From the NCBI RefSeq assembly GCF_001194135.2, contig NC_068984.1, positions 83,798,080 through 83,833,422 on the forward strand: a DNA stretch of 35,343 nt. The letters are read 5' to 3'. A program made the translations under genes and the position numbers. Below are positions 20,190-33,867 of this stretch, one piece after another (the first letter of the stretch is position 1; each line of letters opens with the position of its first letter). The notes beneath the pieces are model-generated. The model ran no database searches. It saw nothing but the letters and a program-made list of their open reading frames with translations, and was not told the origin of the DNA. Origin of the DNA: Octopus bimaculoides (lineage: Eukaryota).

Positions 20190-21068
20190 AGCCACAACAG
20201 AGGGATGAAACTGGTGGACAAAGTTATGAAAGTGACAGAGTTCAAGCAGAAAAATTCAGATGCAGTTTGGTCTTATGAGAGGATGAGATAACACTGAGGC
20301 CCTTTCCTTAGTGAGAAAATTTCTTAGCTAAGAATAAGCCACTATATCTAGAAAAGGAGTAAGTAGGAATTAAATACTGTAAATCAAATATCAAATATAT
20401 GAGCACACAAGAAGTGCACTGGGGTCAGGGAAGAAAATTAAGACTGTCTTTAGCAGATGCACATGAGCAGTAAGAGAACCCATGAAATAAATTAAAATAG
20501 TTGAAAAGCCTAATTAACAGTAAGTTGGTGTTTCAAAAGCATAGCATCAAGTGTGAGAATGAGTGCAAAAAGTTTGAGGAAATAGAACTTCTGCTAGCAA
20601 TAAAATATCCTCTTTACAAGTGAAAGATAGATTGTATGACATTTGTGTTTGAAGTATAATGCATGGCAGCAAAATATAGGCAGCGAATGCAGAGGATATG
20701 TGAAAGTTTGAAAGAAATGAGGCAAACATTCTCCTTAGACATATAGTGTGCGAGAACAACAGAGTACTAATAATCTGAGAAAAAAATTAAATATATGAGG
20801 AATCAAAAGTAGTAAGCAAAATAGACTACATTGGTATGAGCATGTGATGTATATGAGGAAGACAGCTGGGTTAAAAAAAAACATGCTAAGAGATCTAAAT
20901 AGAAACCACAGAAGAGGACCACCAACGAAAATATGAAAAAGAAATGATGAATGTGACTCTGAAAAGACTAAACCTCATGTTGGAGATGATCATGACAAGT
21001 GACAAAATGTGCTGGAGAAGATCCATCCAACCCATGCAAATATAGAAAAACAAGCTTAAAAGTGATGA
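20190..21068 (+). mobile_element. Old RTE LINE remnant with internal deletions
   Basis: MQFGLMRG-DNTEALSLVRK..LAKNKPLYL, an HK-CTGV finger remnant, DRLYD, and a ccaacccatgc tail. Confidence 0.75.
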
Positions 21069-21144
21069 ACATGTTAATTATTGATTTTAAATAAGCAAAA
21101 TTTAATGACTTCGAAGATTATGAATTTATATATCTACATAAATA

Positions 21145-21612
21145 TGAGGTACCCAAAAGTAACCAGAAACATTCTGTGGGACAAGCCTGTTGTAATTCAA
21201 GCCTCCACTGCTAGAAGCCACTTGTTGTGACCCTCAGGCACCAGCCTGCCAACTGGTGGCATCAAATGAGGTCATACTACCACATGGTGCATCTTTGTTT
21301 TGCACTGCTTCTCTCGTGTTCATCAATTTTTGCGACAGCTGAAACAAAGGAACAGCATGCTTTCGTGGAATTTGGTTTTCTACTGTAGAAAACAGTAGGT
21401 CATGCTTCAAACAGCTTACAAGGATGCTGCCATGAGCAAAAAACAAGTTTACAAGTGGTTTTCACACTTTAGGAATGGTCACTTGTCGCTTGAAAACCAA
21501 TCAACCGTTGACCTCCCGAACGAAGGAAAACATCATGAAAATTCATGAACTGTGCTTGGAGCACTGTCAACAAACAATTGACAAACTTGTTGATAAGATT
21601 GGTGTGTCCTGG
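21145..21612 (+). mobile_element. Mariner transposon 5' remnant (N-terminal HTH of the transposase, pseudogenised)
   Basis: Starts TA-TGAGGTACCCAAAAGTAACC. Peptide EQHAFVEFGFLL*KT..VMLQTAYKDAAMSKKQVYKWFSHFRNGHLSLENQ..NIMKIHEL..TIDKLVDKIGVSW matches the mariner N-terminus. Confidence 0.85.
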
Positions 21613-21704
21613 TTCAAAAATGCATGCCAGTTTCCATGGAAACAAATATATTATTTCTTGTATTTAATCATTAAAGAATCTTCAAATTTCATTCCAACCA
21701 TGGC

Positions 21705-21842
21705 AGGTATGGTTGTGTATTTAAGTCCATTACATAGTAGTGGGTTCAATCTTACTGTGCTGTGTCTTGGACAAATGGGCTTTTTTTGACCAAAGTCTTG
21801 TGAGTGAAATTTGGTCAGCAAAAACTGTGTAGGAGTCATCAG
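21705..21842 (+). mobile_element. Short decayed Meta-like SINE
   Basis: gggttcaatctt...tgaccaaagtcttgtgagtgaaatttggtcagcaaaaactg. Confidence 0.6.
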
Positions 21843-22244
21843 ACACTATTCCCATAATTTGGTAGTTGATTTAATCCATTGCTTGGTTAAACATCACCTA
21901 GCACTGCCTATTCTGCTGCAAACATGAGTCTTTAGTCTGAAGTCCCAGAAAAGGCTTTTTCTTCTAAATCATTAAATTTTAAAAAGAGAGAGAGAAAAAC
22001 TATAGCTTATAATTCAATCTGATTTCTTGCATAAGCAGAAAGCCTTAAGTCCACAAATTGGTATGGAACAGAAAATGATGACAATCATGTCTTTTCTGAG
22101 AAATTCAGTTGTATATATCATCTTCATTACTGAAGAAATTTCAGCATGGAAAGATCTTTCTTAAATATTGAAAATGCAACACAAGTTTATTCCATAGCAA
22201 CAAACAAAAATATTCATCCGTCAATCAATCTCAATCTGGCAGTC

Positions 22245-22520
22245 CATCAGCTACAACAATGAGTGTTCCAGTTGGTCCAATCAACAGAACAGCCTGATCA
22301 TGAAATTAACATGCAAATGACTGAGCATGCTACAGGTACATGTACTCTTCACATAGTTCTCAGGGAGATTCAGCATGACAGAATGTGACAGGGCTAGCCT
22401 TTTGAATTACAGGTACAACTCATTTTTGCCACTGCTCATGGACACAATATACCACTGAATACTGAACTTATGACCTTACAACCAAGGGACAAATACCCTA
22501 ACCACTAAGCCACACTTCCT
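22245..22520 (-). mobile_element. tRNA-headed CORE-like SINE with a partial deletion
   Basis: Reverse complement: gtggcttagtggttagggtattt...gtaaggtcataagttcagt...ggcaaaaatgagttgtacctgtaattcaaaagg...aactggaacactc. Confidence 0.7.
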
Positions 22521-23479
22521 TCATCCTTCATGATTTGAACAAGAATTATAACATTCAGTCAATATTAACTTTTCTGTGCATTATAACTAAATTAATGAAA
22601 AACAGAATTAAAGTTAAGATAAAAAGGAAGTACAATATCAATTAAAATATAGGTTATAGGAAATTATCACTTTCCTACAATTTAACCACTTTATTACCAA
22701 CCTGGCAGAGAGTGCCCAAAATTTTATTTAAATTTGTATAATTCTGATAAATTCCAATATTTTGAGCTCATTTGTTTTTATAACACCTGTTTTATATGTA
22801 CTCAAGTTCAATTGAAAATCTACATTCTTCTATATGACAACTCTGTTTATATTTGGCATCTGAACAAAATTTTAACATAATTTTACATTTCTCTGCACAT
22901 ACTTGTAATTTAGAGTAGTTTGGGGGCAAAAATTCCATGCAAGATTTACATAAGGAGCTTTTATTAATAAGTTGTGTTCCAAATACCATATTCATATATT
23001 GACAAACAAAAAGCTATAATTGTTTATGAAACCAATCTAAGTTCTTAATCATTTTATAATTTGACTGAAACACATAGGGTATGTATTTTAGAAATATGTT
23101 AATAGATGAAAGGATTAAAACAAATCTGTTCTCAATAACCAAATTCTAAAAAGAAAAACTGTTAGAAAACCATTTTTAGACAAGTTAAACTCAACCAAAT
23201 TCAAAGCGTTTTTAATAAATTCTACAAAATCAAGAGTTAACACCAAATTACTCATGAATAACACATACTACATGAACAACCCTCTACTTAGTTGTCTGAC
23301 TTCCTAAAAATAGCAATTGAATATCCATCAAAACACACTATACAATCTTAAAAAGGAACAAAATATTGGATAATGTAATCCTTGATACATGAATAAAAAC
23401 AAGGTGGTCATATGGCTGCAACACTTTCATCATAGATGTGCTCAGTTAATGCTGACCTAGGGTTTAACAGCAACATATC

Positions 23480-24230
23480 TGATCTCCCAAAGAAATTTAG
23501 GTCTTGCACTCTAGCAACACCCTTCTTGTAGGCATTCTCTTGAGAGAAAGTGAAACTGAACATCAGTTCTCTAATCTCCAAGAGCTGGAAAAGGATATGG
23601 ATACAAAGCATTCTTCAATTTTTTTAAAATAAAGCAGGAAAAAAAAGTCAAACAATCTATGGAACAAACATAAGAATATGTATTTCCAATAAGCTTTGGT
23701 TTTAAAAGATATTTCTTAAATATTATTTCTCTATATTTCAAAACAATGTTTCTGCATTTCTTCACTTACAAAAAGGTTTCTTTCCAAATACAGTTATATT
23801 TTGTCAAGTATGTTAATTTTTCAAGATGTTTATGGAATTTTATGAAATATATATTTTGAGAAAATTGTTTAGAATTCAATTTGATTTCTTTTATCAATTT
23901 CCATTTTATAAGGCACATATTACTTTTACTTGTTCAACACACAAGGGAATAAAAACGTGTTGGCAGACAATCTTGCAAAAAGAATTAAATGACTCTAAAA
24001 TAAATTCATAACCAAACAAAGAATTTAACTTCAGATTAAATGACTGCTACGGATAGGAACAATTTTAAAGAATTCAATTGAATTTGTTGAGTATTAATTT
24101 ATGATTGTATGAAGGCAACATCTATACGCATTTTTAAAATAAATTCAACACAGCCCACATGAAAAACCAAAAATAAACAGAAGAGACCAACATTCTAGAT
24201 TAATGCTCAACAAATTTAATTGTTGACTTT
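23480..24230 (+). mobile_element. Possible highly decayed Ty3/Gypsy pol remnant (RNase H to integrase His motif)
   Basis: Ordered, frameshifted motifs LATPFL*AF, FGFKRYF, H-KG-KNVLADNLAKR (~23940-23990) and I-H-TAHM (~24145). Confidence 0.35.
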
Positions 24231-24479
24231 ATAAATCATGTTAAATAGATACATATAGATCATTTCAAAGTTGATAATACCCTTGAAGTCATGGAACAAA
24301 GAAACAGAATCAACTAAATGTGAGGGTTCATATCTGCAAAGTTTGATAAAGCTGAAAGTTATTTGTACTTATGTTTACACATCATCTCTCTATTTTTATC
24401 ATTTTATTCATCCACATATACCACTATGATTGCACGCACATGCATGCAATTGCTATTCTTTCAAACATTTCATGCTGAA

Positions 24480-24660
24480 AAGATAAAAGACTAATTTTTC
24501 AAAATTCCATTTGTACCATTTAAAATGCATAACAGTTTGAAACAAATTAACATGGAATTCTGATGTAAAGTTTTAATTTAGATCACTTTAAAACTGGGAA
24601 TTTATGTCAAAAAACAAAGTACCGTCTCAGACAGGTTGGTATCAAAAAAGGTTCAAGATG
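24480..24660 (-). mobile_element. piggyBac-like terminal fragment (MITE-like)
   Basis: caggttggtatcaaaaaaggttcaa is a degenerate reverse complement of the TTAACCCTTTTGTTACTAACCCGG end at 11047. Confidence 0.4.
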
Positions 24661-24747
24661 AGATGATCAAAGGTTTCGTCATTGATCTATTTAATCAGAG
24701 CTGATATGGGATTAAACAACACAATTTCAACTTAATTTAAATGAATG

Positions 24748-24778
<31 letters not shown>

Positions 24779-26169
24779 GCATACATAAATAGATTGCTTT
24801 GCGTTACTGAACTCACCAGCAAGTGGCACACAGAGTAAATTGCTTGGCTTGGAAATATCTAAGTACTGAGAATTTACTTCAAGAGAAAATTTACTCAGGC
24901 CTCATATTCTTACCAATGAAAATATGTTCGCTTCAAGTCAATGAAACAAATTGTTACATACATTGCCAGGATATGAACTGTTGATGCTTCCAACATTCTG
25001 ACATTCTATTGGCTAAAATGAAGCAACAGAACAAAAGAAATTAAAAATGGAATTATCTAAATACTAAACCATGAACAACAGACTGAATAACTGAATGAAG
25101 AGAAAACAAAGAACAAACAAAAAGCAGGTGTCACAAAAAATTCATTAGGACATAACAGTGTAAATCAATTTTACTTTATTACAATTATATAGATATAATT
25201 GCAATTATATCATAGTGAATAGTGTTATTATTAAAAGAAAATAGCACAAAAAATTGTATTTTGCTAATTAATAATTATATTATATAGAAAGTTTTAATAG
25301 CTAAAAGTATATAGTTAAAATGCTGGATGACTGACAAAGATCAGTGTAAATTCTACTGCAACTTAGATACACACCTCATTCAACTTCATTGAAATATCTT
25401 GGTTGAAAGATTGGTGCCCAGAAAAACATGTAAATATACTCAAATACTGAAATTAGGAGAACACCCATGCTTTTATGATCAATATAGATAGAGAAGAGCA
25501 ATTAAGAATTAGCTTCAACTGCCCTATAAAATGGCTCCAAATGGTGCAGCTGATTTCCTCTGTCAGATAACTTATCTCACGAGCATCCTCATAGATCAAA
25601 TTTAACAATTTGTAAAACAATAATCATGATTGCATGCGCGCGTGTGCGTGCTAGTAAACTTCATTATATATCAATGCACCAACTCCTTAATGACCAACAC
25701 CAGCAACAATAGTATGGACAAGAAAAGCAATACTATTTAAAATAATAGATGACAGCAGATAATGTGGTATTGTGGTGTAAAATAAAAAGTTGAATAAAAT
25801 GTCTTTAATCTAAGGTCAATGAAAATCAGCTTAAACAGCAACAACAATAAATACAATATGATCACTCACCAATACCACCACCAACCTACGAACATTAGAA
25901 TAACCAGTTGGCAGCAACAGCATCATCATGACAGTAATGTCTGTAGCTACATGTCATATGTAAACATATGTGCTTGTGAGTAGGGTGTGAGCAGGTGTTG
26001 ATGATGACCTATAAGACAAAAGATAGAGTCCATCTTCCCAGTGATTTTCATTCTATTACCACCTAGTCATCTTATGTAGTAAAAACATACCCAATTGTGA
26101 TATGATTTTCATTTATTCTAAAATTTCTTAGGAGATGTTTTTCGGTATATACATGTATTACTATCCTTG

Positions 26170-26420
26170 ATTTAACATGCACTTTTCCATGCTTGCATGG
26201 ATCAGATGAAACTTATTGAAGCTGATTTTCTATGGCCAGATGCCCTTCCGGCAAGGGCAATATTTCTTCATGATCAGACAAATTTCAGCAGAATACTGGA
26301 AATGAACGTCACTGCTTGTGTAATAGTGACATTCATTTACAACTATCATGTGACATCAAGACAAGAAGACACAAACATATATATGATGGGCTTCTTTCAG
26401 TTTCTAACTACCAAATCCAT
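26170..26420 (-). mobile_element. Meta-like SINE body with an RTE-type tail
   Basis: tttaacatgcacttttccatgcttgcatgg (tail), gatgcccttcc, gggcttctttcagtttctaactaccaaatcc (Meta-like block). Confidence 0.65.
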
Positions 26421-27051
26421 GGCCATATTGTTTGTTTTTTGTTGTTGGTTCACTGCCCACAAAAAAAATATCAGAACACATTTCACTTTATAACAAGAAA
26501 GTCAATGGGAAAATAAATTTTGTGTTATGGCATGGTTTTCAAGATTGCATTACAAAAGTAGTGCAAAGGATTCCAACAGTTTATTAGCATCAATACTTTT
26601 TGAAGTAAAGATTGTATACATCAATACCTCCAGTACATATCTTAAATATCTAACTCCCAAAAATCAAACACCTGTTTTTATCATGCTTATTTGATTCTTC
26701 AAAACAGTCTCAGATATTTGTGCAGCATTATTAATTGGGTTGCATTTCAGTTTTATAGAAGATTAGCATTTGATTAGGACTGAAATATTTTCTGACTCTG
26801 ACAAAAAAGCCTAGTCTTTGTGATGTAGTTTTGGCAACTTAATGAAATACTGGATTCAGTTAAGAGCAAAGTTACCCAAATTGAATGAAATGAGAGGGAC
26901 AATGACACAAATTCAAACATATTTGATTCATGGAAGAAGATTTTAAGATTATTTGTTCCTTCTTATTAGCTGTAGAATCTAAAACAATTTTAGAACAATG
27001 AATATTATTATATCATCTTTTGATAAAGACATTTCCCTAAATATATTAACA

Positions 27052-27148
27052 ACAGGAAGGACATCTAGCTGTAGAAGATCTGCCTCCAACAAACTCAATC
27101 CAACTCATGCTAGATAGAAAAGTGGATGTTAAAATGAGGACGATGATA
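27052..27148 (+). mobile_element. Isolated RTE-type 3' tail
   Basis: aggaaggacatctagctgtagaa...caactcatgctag...ggatgttaaaatgaggacgatgat. Confidence 0.6.
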
Positions 27149-28201
27149 AAATAGTCAAAAACATGTAACACAAAAAAATTCACCAAGAAGGAAAAGAACC
27201 AGACTAAACAACTAGCTTAATAACTCCTTTGCTAAATTCATTCACGTTTTATCCCCCACCCACCTATTTTTGAGTTTTATCAAATATGTTCATTTACAAT
27301 CATTAAATTATAGCAGGTGCTTCACATAGTGTTAAAGTTTTCAAGAAATGATGTCAGCAAACCTAATTTTGAATCAAAGGCAGGGCAGAATTTTCAACAC
27401 AAGCATTGCTCTTGAAATAGCAATACTTGTCATGGCATTTATAATTCTTTCTCACAGTATACTTATTGTGTGATATTTGATTATTAACTTTCCAAAGAAA
27501 TAGCTTCTTTTTATAAGTGTAAAAACTATAATGAACTGCAAGTTAGCACTGTGTTCACTTTCCAGACAATGGCCACAGCTTGAGAAACACACTATAATTC
27601 AAGACACCTTAAACACACTTTGGTTTTCAACCTGCTTTATTGCTTTTTAAAGGTTTACACATACCCCAAGAACCAATTATAAATAGTTATTATTCAAATT
27701 AAGTATCTACTCCAGCAACCAAAAGACGTCCATGACAAAGTATTCTTAATATACTGTATAATACAAACTCATAAGGCACCACATCTGTCTGCAAGTTTTA
27801 TACTGCCTGAAACCACACAAACTGAACTAACCTTGTGGACCATTTTAAAGGCAGTTATTGGACTCCTCTAAGAGAGAAAACTTTAACCTTTCAGTAGTCA
27901 TTTATCTTATATTCTGTAATATCTGTTATTAACATCAGAGTGTTACTGAATTTTTGCAATTTTTTTCCCCTTTTTTAAAAAAAATTGAAACTTTCTTTGA
28001 AAAATGGTCACTAATCATTCCTTAATTGACAATTTGCTTGATGATTTAATCAATGAAGTAATAATGGCAAATAAGGCTTGGCATTACAACTAGAGTAATA
28101 CATCTATTTCTTCTGTTAACACTGACTTCAATTCGTCAGATTTTTCCATCAAGTGACTTGAACTAAATACTGCCTAAAGAGTGATTAGGTACTGAACTTA
28201 C

Positions 28202-28305
28202 ACAAGTATTGTTGATCCAAAACTTCTTTTAGGACTTGATGTAAAGCTTGTTGAGTATTTTTTTCAATTGTTTTCCACTGAGTTTTCATCAGTACAGCTG
28301 CCAAA
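28202..28305 (-). CDS. Candidate internal coding exon (LAAVLMKTQWKTIEKNTQQALHQVLKEVLDQQYL), phase 2 to phase 1
   Basis: Acceptor ccctttttgttctgctttcaaattag| and donor TGT|gtaagt. 104 nt with exactly one open frame and an amphipathic-helix-like peptide. No partner exon found. Confidence 0.4.
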
Positions 28306-29089
28306 CTAATTTGAAAGCAGAACAAAAAGGGGTTGTCAACTTTGTTCCTACACGTTGAAATTTGTGCATTCTTGGGTATGTTGTTTATGATCAGTGTAAC
28401 ACTTTACCTGTAAATTTCATAATGAATAAGATGCAAAAAGGTCAGAGAATTTCTTTTTTCGTTGTGATATTAGTATGTCAATGACCAATTGCATTTATTA
28501 CTAACATTCTTTCCATCACCTTTTTTTAGTGTATCTCGTTATTATCATGTAATTAATTAACCGCACATGCATAACATTATTTTTAGCACAAATGCCTACT
28601 TATATTTTTTTTTTAAAAACTAAGTTTTTTTCTGCAATACTGCCAATTTTTATACAATGATCTAACTGCAAGTAAAAATACTATACGCATTTGAATAAAC
28701 AAACTTATTTTTACATATTTTCTGTTCATTCATTACAAAACTGAACAGGATGTTAAAAGTTAGCATAAAAAAGTTCTAAGTAATACATGTATAATTTTTC
28801 AGTATGATTAAGAGAGAAAGCAGAAAAAAACAATCTACCAATATATTTTAATCCAATGAGTACTGTAGGTATTAGAAATGGCATCTAAAGAGAGCTTACA
28901 ATTTCATGAAGGTAATTAGACTTGTAATTTAATTTTTATAAATGCTTAGGAAAAATAGTAAGCACATTTAAGTTTTTCATAAGTCTCTTTTAATCTTTCT
29001 TATAATTGTCAATGAAAATGTTGGTAGAGTTAGCAGAAGAGGTACTGCTTAATATTACTTAAGTTTCATCTTTCTATGTCTGAAAAAAT

Positions 29090-29233
29090 AGGCATGGTTG
29101 GGTGGCAACGAAGTATGCTTCATAACCACATGATTTCACGTTCCAGCCAAGTGTGTGGCACTTTTGATAAGTGTCTTTTATTAAAGCAGCATAATGAGGG
29201 AAATTAATAGACAGAAAATGTGCAGAAACTAGT

Positions 29234-29264
<31 letters not shown>

Positions 29265-29495
29265 ATTTCTGTTTGTGCTTTTTCACATCAATTTTGTGGG
29301 CAACAGTAATAGTGTTACCTCTCCCGTAAATAACACATCCTGTAGCTCAGCAGTTTCAATGTATGAAGATCATACCTTACTTGAAAAAAGAAAACAAGTA
29401 AAGGATGACAACTGGAAGGGTATCAAGTAAAGAATATTGCATCAATAAGTCTTGTCCAATTCATACAAACATTGAAAAGACAATGATAATGATGA
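29090..29495 (+). mobile_element. Old Meta-like SINE with internal (TG)n at 29234-29261 and a long RTE-like tail
   Basis: Head ggcatggttgggtggcaacgaagtatgcttcataaccacatg, then tagacagaaaatgtgcagaa, tail ctggaagggtatc...gataatgatga. Confidence 0.65.
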
Positions 29496-30134
29496 ATACA
29501 CTAGAGATGATTAAGTCAATTGTAACTTTCTCAACAAAAATTGGACACTTATTATTCATACAAGGAAGTCAATCATTATTATTGTCAACTCCACTAATGG
29601 AAGTTCAAAAGGTAAAATGCAAGGTTCACCAAAGTGCTTGAAATTCATAATCTATCATGAAGACTCGGCAAAATTTACTAAGATTTGATACACTATATAC
29701 ATAATACAATTAATGAAGCCAATAAACCACAATATTACTGGTTGTCTTGGCAAAAAGATTTAGTAACTTCAAAGAGATTTTCAAATTATAACAAATTAGA
29801 TTAAGCTTGTTTTTACAAAATTTTCAAACAAATAATTTTTCATTTAAGCATAGATTCATATTGAGCCTCATGTATTCTCACAACATAATACTGAACGTTT
29901 TTGACCACCCAATTTTTGGTAGAAATTATTCCTGTCTCTGAGCAAAGTAAACTGAAGCAAGCAGATCAGTGTGATTAAAGACACATGCAAAAAAAAAAAA
30001 AATGCTTAATGAATTGAAATTTACCTCTAATTGGAGAAAAACAAAAATCTAATAGCAATTATTAGCAACTAGCAAACCTTGGGGAAAACCTAAGTGGCAG
30101 AATGAGACAGAAAGAGAACCATCAATCAGTACAT

Positions 30135-30290
30135 GTTGCAATCAAGCTTCTGATCCAAGTGACAAGAGACAACAAATCCCAATATTTCATCTCCAGAGCA
30201 TCAACACTTGGAATTCCCACCCTGCCCATGTTTATCCTACATTCAGAACACCAAATGTATCCAACTTTCTCAGAGGGCTTGCCAAATTGT
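30135..30290 (+). mobile_element. Possible CR1/L2-type LINE 3' ORF remnant
   Basis: KLLIQVTRDNKSQYFISR, then after a frameshift INTWNSHPAHV, resembling the CR1 C-terminal FFS-RV-N-WN-LP motif. Confidence 0.35.
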
Positions 30291-30412
30291 ATCATTAAAA
30301 AATACCAAACCCAAACACCACATACTTCTCAAAAAGGTTTCAGAAAGAAAGTGATGTTATATAAGTTGTGTCGGAGCACTGCTGAAGACTGTGTTCATGA
30401 TATGATTCAAAA

Positions 30413-30621
30413 GGCGGCAAGCTGGCAGAATCATTAGCACACAGGACGACTTGGTTCGCAGTATTTCACCCATTGCTCCATTCTGAGTGCAAAATCTGCT
30501 GAGGTCAACTTTGCCTTTCACCCTTTCGGGGTCGATAAATTAAGTACCAGTTGCATACTAAGGTCGATCTAATCGACTGCCCCCCCCCCCAAATTTCTGC
30601 CTTGTGCCTAGAGTAGAAAAG
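30413..30621 (+). mobile_element. SINE of the 14374 family with a perfect 15-bp TSD
   Basis: TSD gatatgattcaaaag at 30399-30413 and 30622-30636. Centre ctttgcctttcaccctttcggggtcgataaattaagtacc. Confidence 0.9.
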
Positions 30622-33110
30622 GATATGATTCAAAAGAAAATAACCTATAGCAGACCCCATTGTTTTTTAATTCTTCCACAGAATTTGTCAATCATGCAAT
30701 GCTTCTGCAATTTACAATGGAGAACTGTAGTTTCATGACTTTAGTTTTACAAAATTATTATTAATAAACATTCAATTTCTAGTACTCTTAACTTTAGTAA
30801 AATAAAATTCCTGATTACTCCACTTGCCACAATCTTCATAAAAATCAATCTCATTTAGTGTTTAAGGGTCCTATACCATTTGAAATTACATGAAGACCAC
30901 TCTTGCTTACATTTGCTTCAAAGTAGGTTATGGATTCTCTAATCTATGGGGAAAAAGTTTAGCCCCCTTCCTCTATCATCAACTTAAAATATGCAAATCC
31001 ATATTACCCTAAGGGCAAGATGATTTACCCCAAAATATATCCCCAGTTGTCCAGATTCTTGTCCATACAAAATATCTATGAACATCACAGTATCATATAG
31101 TACCAACCCCACTTTCTATTACCATAAATTTATGGGCTTGTCAATGTCAAATATATTCTAGCTAACTGACATCAATATTAATATCCATATGTAAATTAAT
31201 ATATATGAAGAATAAATATTTGATGAACTCACAGTTAATATTGTCATTTTATACAAGTGTGTATTTGAGAAGACATACTTTTAGATATTCACTGCATATT
31301 GTGAAGAACCTGTGATTAATCCTTTGAAACTCTAATTTTTTTAACAAATACCAAAGATGCTATTGTTAAATGCAAGCAATTAAAAAAAAAACATTAAGGT
31401 ACAGAGAAGAAAGCATACAACCTGGTCTTTCTTGTCCAGTCAGAACAGTTTCACTTAACTAATACTTTTGATAAAGGCATAAATATATTGCATCTGAATG
31501 CAAAAAATTTCAGGCTTCATTCCATCAAAATTATTTTAGTGAAAACTATTGATAATCTAGTAATAGTTAAAAACAATTACATTAATACATCATAGCACAC
31601 ACAATAGAGCAAGAGGAATGCTCATATCAAATAATATCATTTGATGAGAGTATTCTCATCAAATGCAAGTTTTTTTAAACTATTATTTCTGCTAATACTA
31701 GAGAAACACATGAACATCATATAGTTATAATTACCCTCTTTCATAAATTGGGCATCATGTTCAAAGGTAAGAAATCATTATCAATTCTTGTTCTCAATGG
31801 ATTGTTATTGTGAATCCCAAAAGAAACATTATTAATTCAGATAGCCAAATCCAAGGTTAAAAGACAGTTACCAAGGTTATGGCTTGCTACTTCAAGGGCT
31901 GTGACAAAATATTATACTATTACAATTGATCTCCTACATCTTTCCTACTAATACAACTCACATGGACCCTCAAGAAAGTGAACTCATTATATGCAAATGT
32001 AATTCAAATATCCTTAGTTCCAAAGATTTTGTTTGGGAGAAGTTGATTTTTATTGGTTCCATAAGGTGCTTATTTTACTAAAATACCAATAGGTACTCAA
32101 ACTTACTTCACAGATAGATACTTCAGTTTAATTATTGCTGTCCAATCTTCTAATCACACATTCAGATCTAGTTCTATATTTCTCTGGATGACTTAATATT
32201 ACTTCAAGTGCAAATCTTTTGAAATCATTCATTCCCCCAAAATTCCACAGTAAATAGTAAATAGCCACAAAAAAGTTCAAAATCATTCATGTAAACTTCT
32301 GAAGTTCCAATTACCTGCATAGCAAAACATTATTTCTGTGCATGTTACTCTTGAATAAATAATTGGGTTATTTGAACCTCTATATAACTAAATACTTGTT
32401 GCAGTCAGCTTACATCTGAAAACAATAATTAAAAGTGGAGAGCTGAATTTGATAATGCTTCATTTAATGGCCCCTCAACTGTTATTACATCATATATGTA
32501 CAAGTAAGCAGTGATGCAGCATTTCTACTAGTTCTCAAAAATAGTAATCCTTCACTAAGCTGCTATTTCAGTTTATCTTCCAATCATCCAAGACTCCAAT
32601 TTGATTTCTCCTTGCACTAATATCTCTGTGAAAAGCAAAAAATGTTACAACTTTCATTTAACCTAAAAACTCTTTGACTTCTAAATTCTTCATTAACAAT
32701 TGAATTCCTTCTCTTACTCAAATTAATTTAAATCAACACATCTCCATGTTTAAGGTACCACAACCAGTCTAGCAGGCAACCTCACCTCAATGAACTATTT
32801 TATTAGTTAGTTTACATAAATACACAAAAAAATCCAGAATTAATTCTAACCATGATTGCCTCACATTGAACATTATCATAGCCAAAACCTTAAACAAAAT
32901 GATACAAACAGGACTATCACTACTAGTGAATCCCGAAAATTACTTGACAAGTTTGATGGGGAAAACTTAACACAAAAGTTAAGCAATGACTCAGTGACAG
33001 AACAACATGATTAGTATGCATTTTGTAGTTAACTCCTCTGATTTCTAATTCTACCAAACTTGATTTCACCATTTCAACTTTTGGGTATTTGAAAAGAAAA
33101 GTAAAATGAA

Positions 33111-33152
33111 TCATCATCATCATCGTTTAACCTCCATCTTCCATGCATGCAA
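33111..33152 (-). mobile_element. Very short RTE-type tail remnant
   Basis: catcatcatcgtttaacctccatcttccatgcatgc. Confidence 0.5.
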
Positions 33153-33867
33153 GAAATCTTTCATAAAGAGTTGTCTGAGTTTGAGTAAATAACTAAGAAA
33201 GAGCATTTAATAATCATAATAATCATACAAGTAAATAATTACACACCTATAACCTTATATCATCTGAATTGAATTGTAGTGATTCTCTCTTGAAAAAGGA
33301 TGGACTACATTTCATAGTGTGCGCATGCAGTGTTCTTAATTTTCAATTAATCAGTAATTAATGTGCTACTATATTAATGTGCATACCTAATAAGTTACAA
33401 CTCTCACAACCAAAATACAATGTTCCACACAGAACAGGGCTCATTGTACACACAATACTATTTGAAGAACATCTCTTTTTGCACATATTCTTATCAACAG
33501 AATATGTCTCTTCTACACATTAAGAACATTTCATTCAGCATGCATTACTACAAACAGAAATTCACTACTTTTCAATTGAAAGCATGTTAATATGCTGAAT
33601 CATTATAGTACATTTGGTAGACTCACTTGTATAGACTTATAGTTTCTACAGGCTAATCGTAAAGACAAGTGCTTATACATGTACAACTAAACATCTGCAG
33701 TGTAATCAAACTGGAAATCAAATGGTTAAGAGAACTTCTGAAACATTAAGTCATACTGTATATATAAGTGCATTCCTGTGGATATATAAAAGTGTGATGT
33801 TTGTGATTTCTTTTCCGAAAATTATATAATTTCCAAACTAGTAGTATGCATAAAAATTTCACAATTG

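Noticed and set aside
23408-23586. 58-codon minus-strand frame after a strong acceptor (LLEIRELMFSFTF…) as an exon
   Set aside because: It overlaps ordered Gypsy-like motifs on the opposite strand, has no strong donor, and its phase does not fit the 28202 exon. Not fully excluded.
25870-25940. Exon candidate that would bridge phase 1 to phase 0 (ITVMMMLLLPTG…)
   Set aside because: It is degenerate CAN-triplet low-complexity sequence with a poor pyrimidine tract.
30102-30437. 111-aa ORF as a gene
   Set aside because: It starts in a probable CR1-like remnant and ends inside a SINE, with no splice or domain support.
27832-30943. Short phase-0 exon candidates 27832-27867 (RSPITAFKMVHK) and 30911-30943 (IRESITYFEAN)
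   Set aside because: The splice sites are good, but the open frames are too short to be informative and the phases are incompatible with the 28202-28305 candidate.
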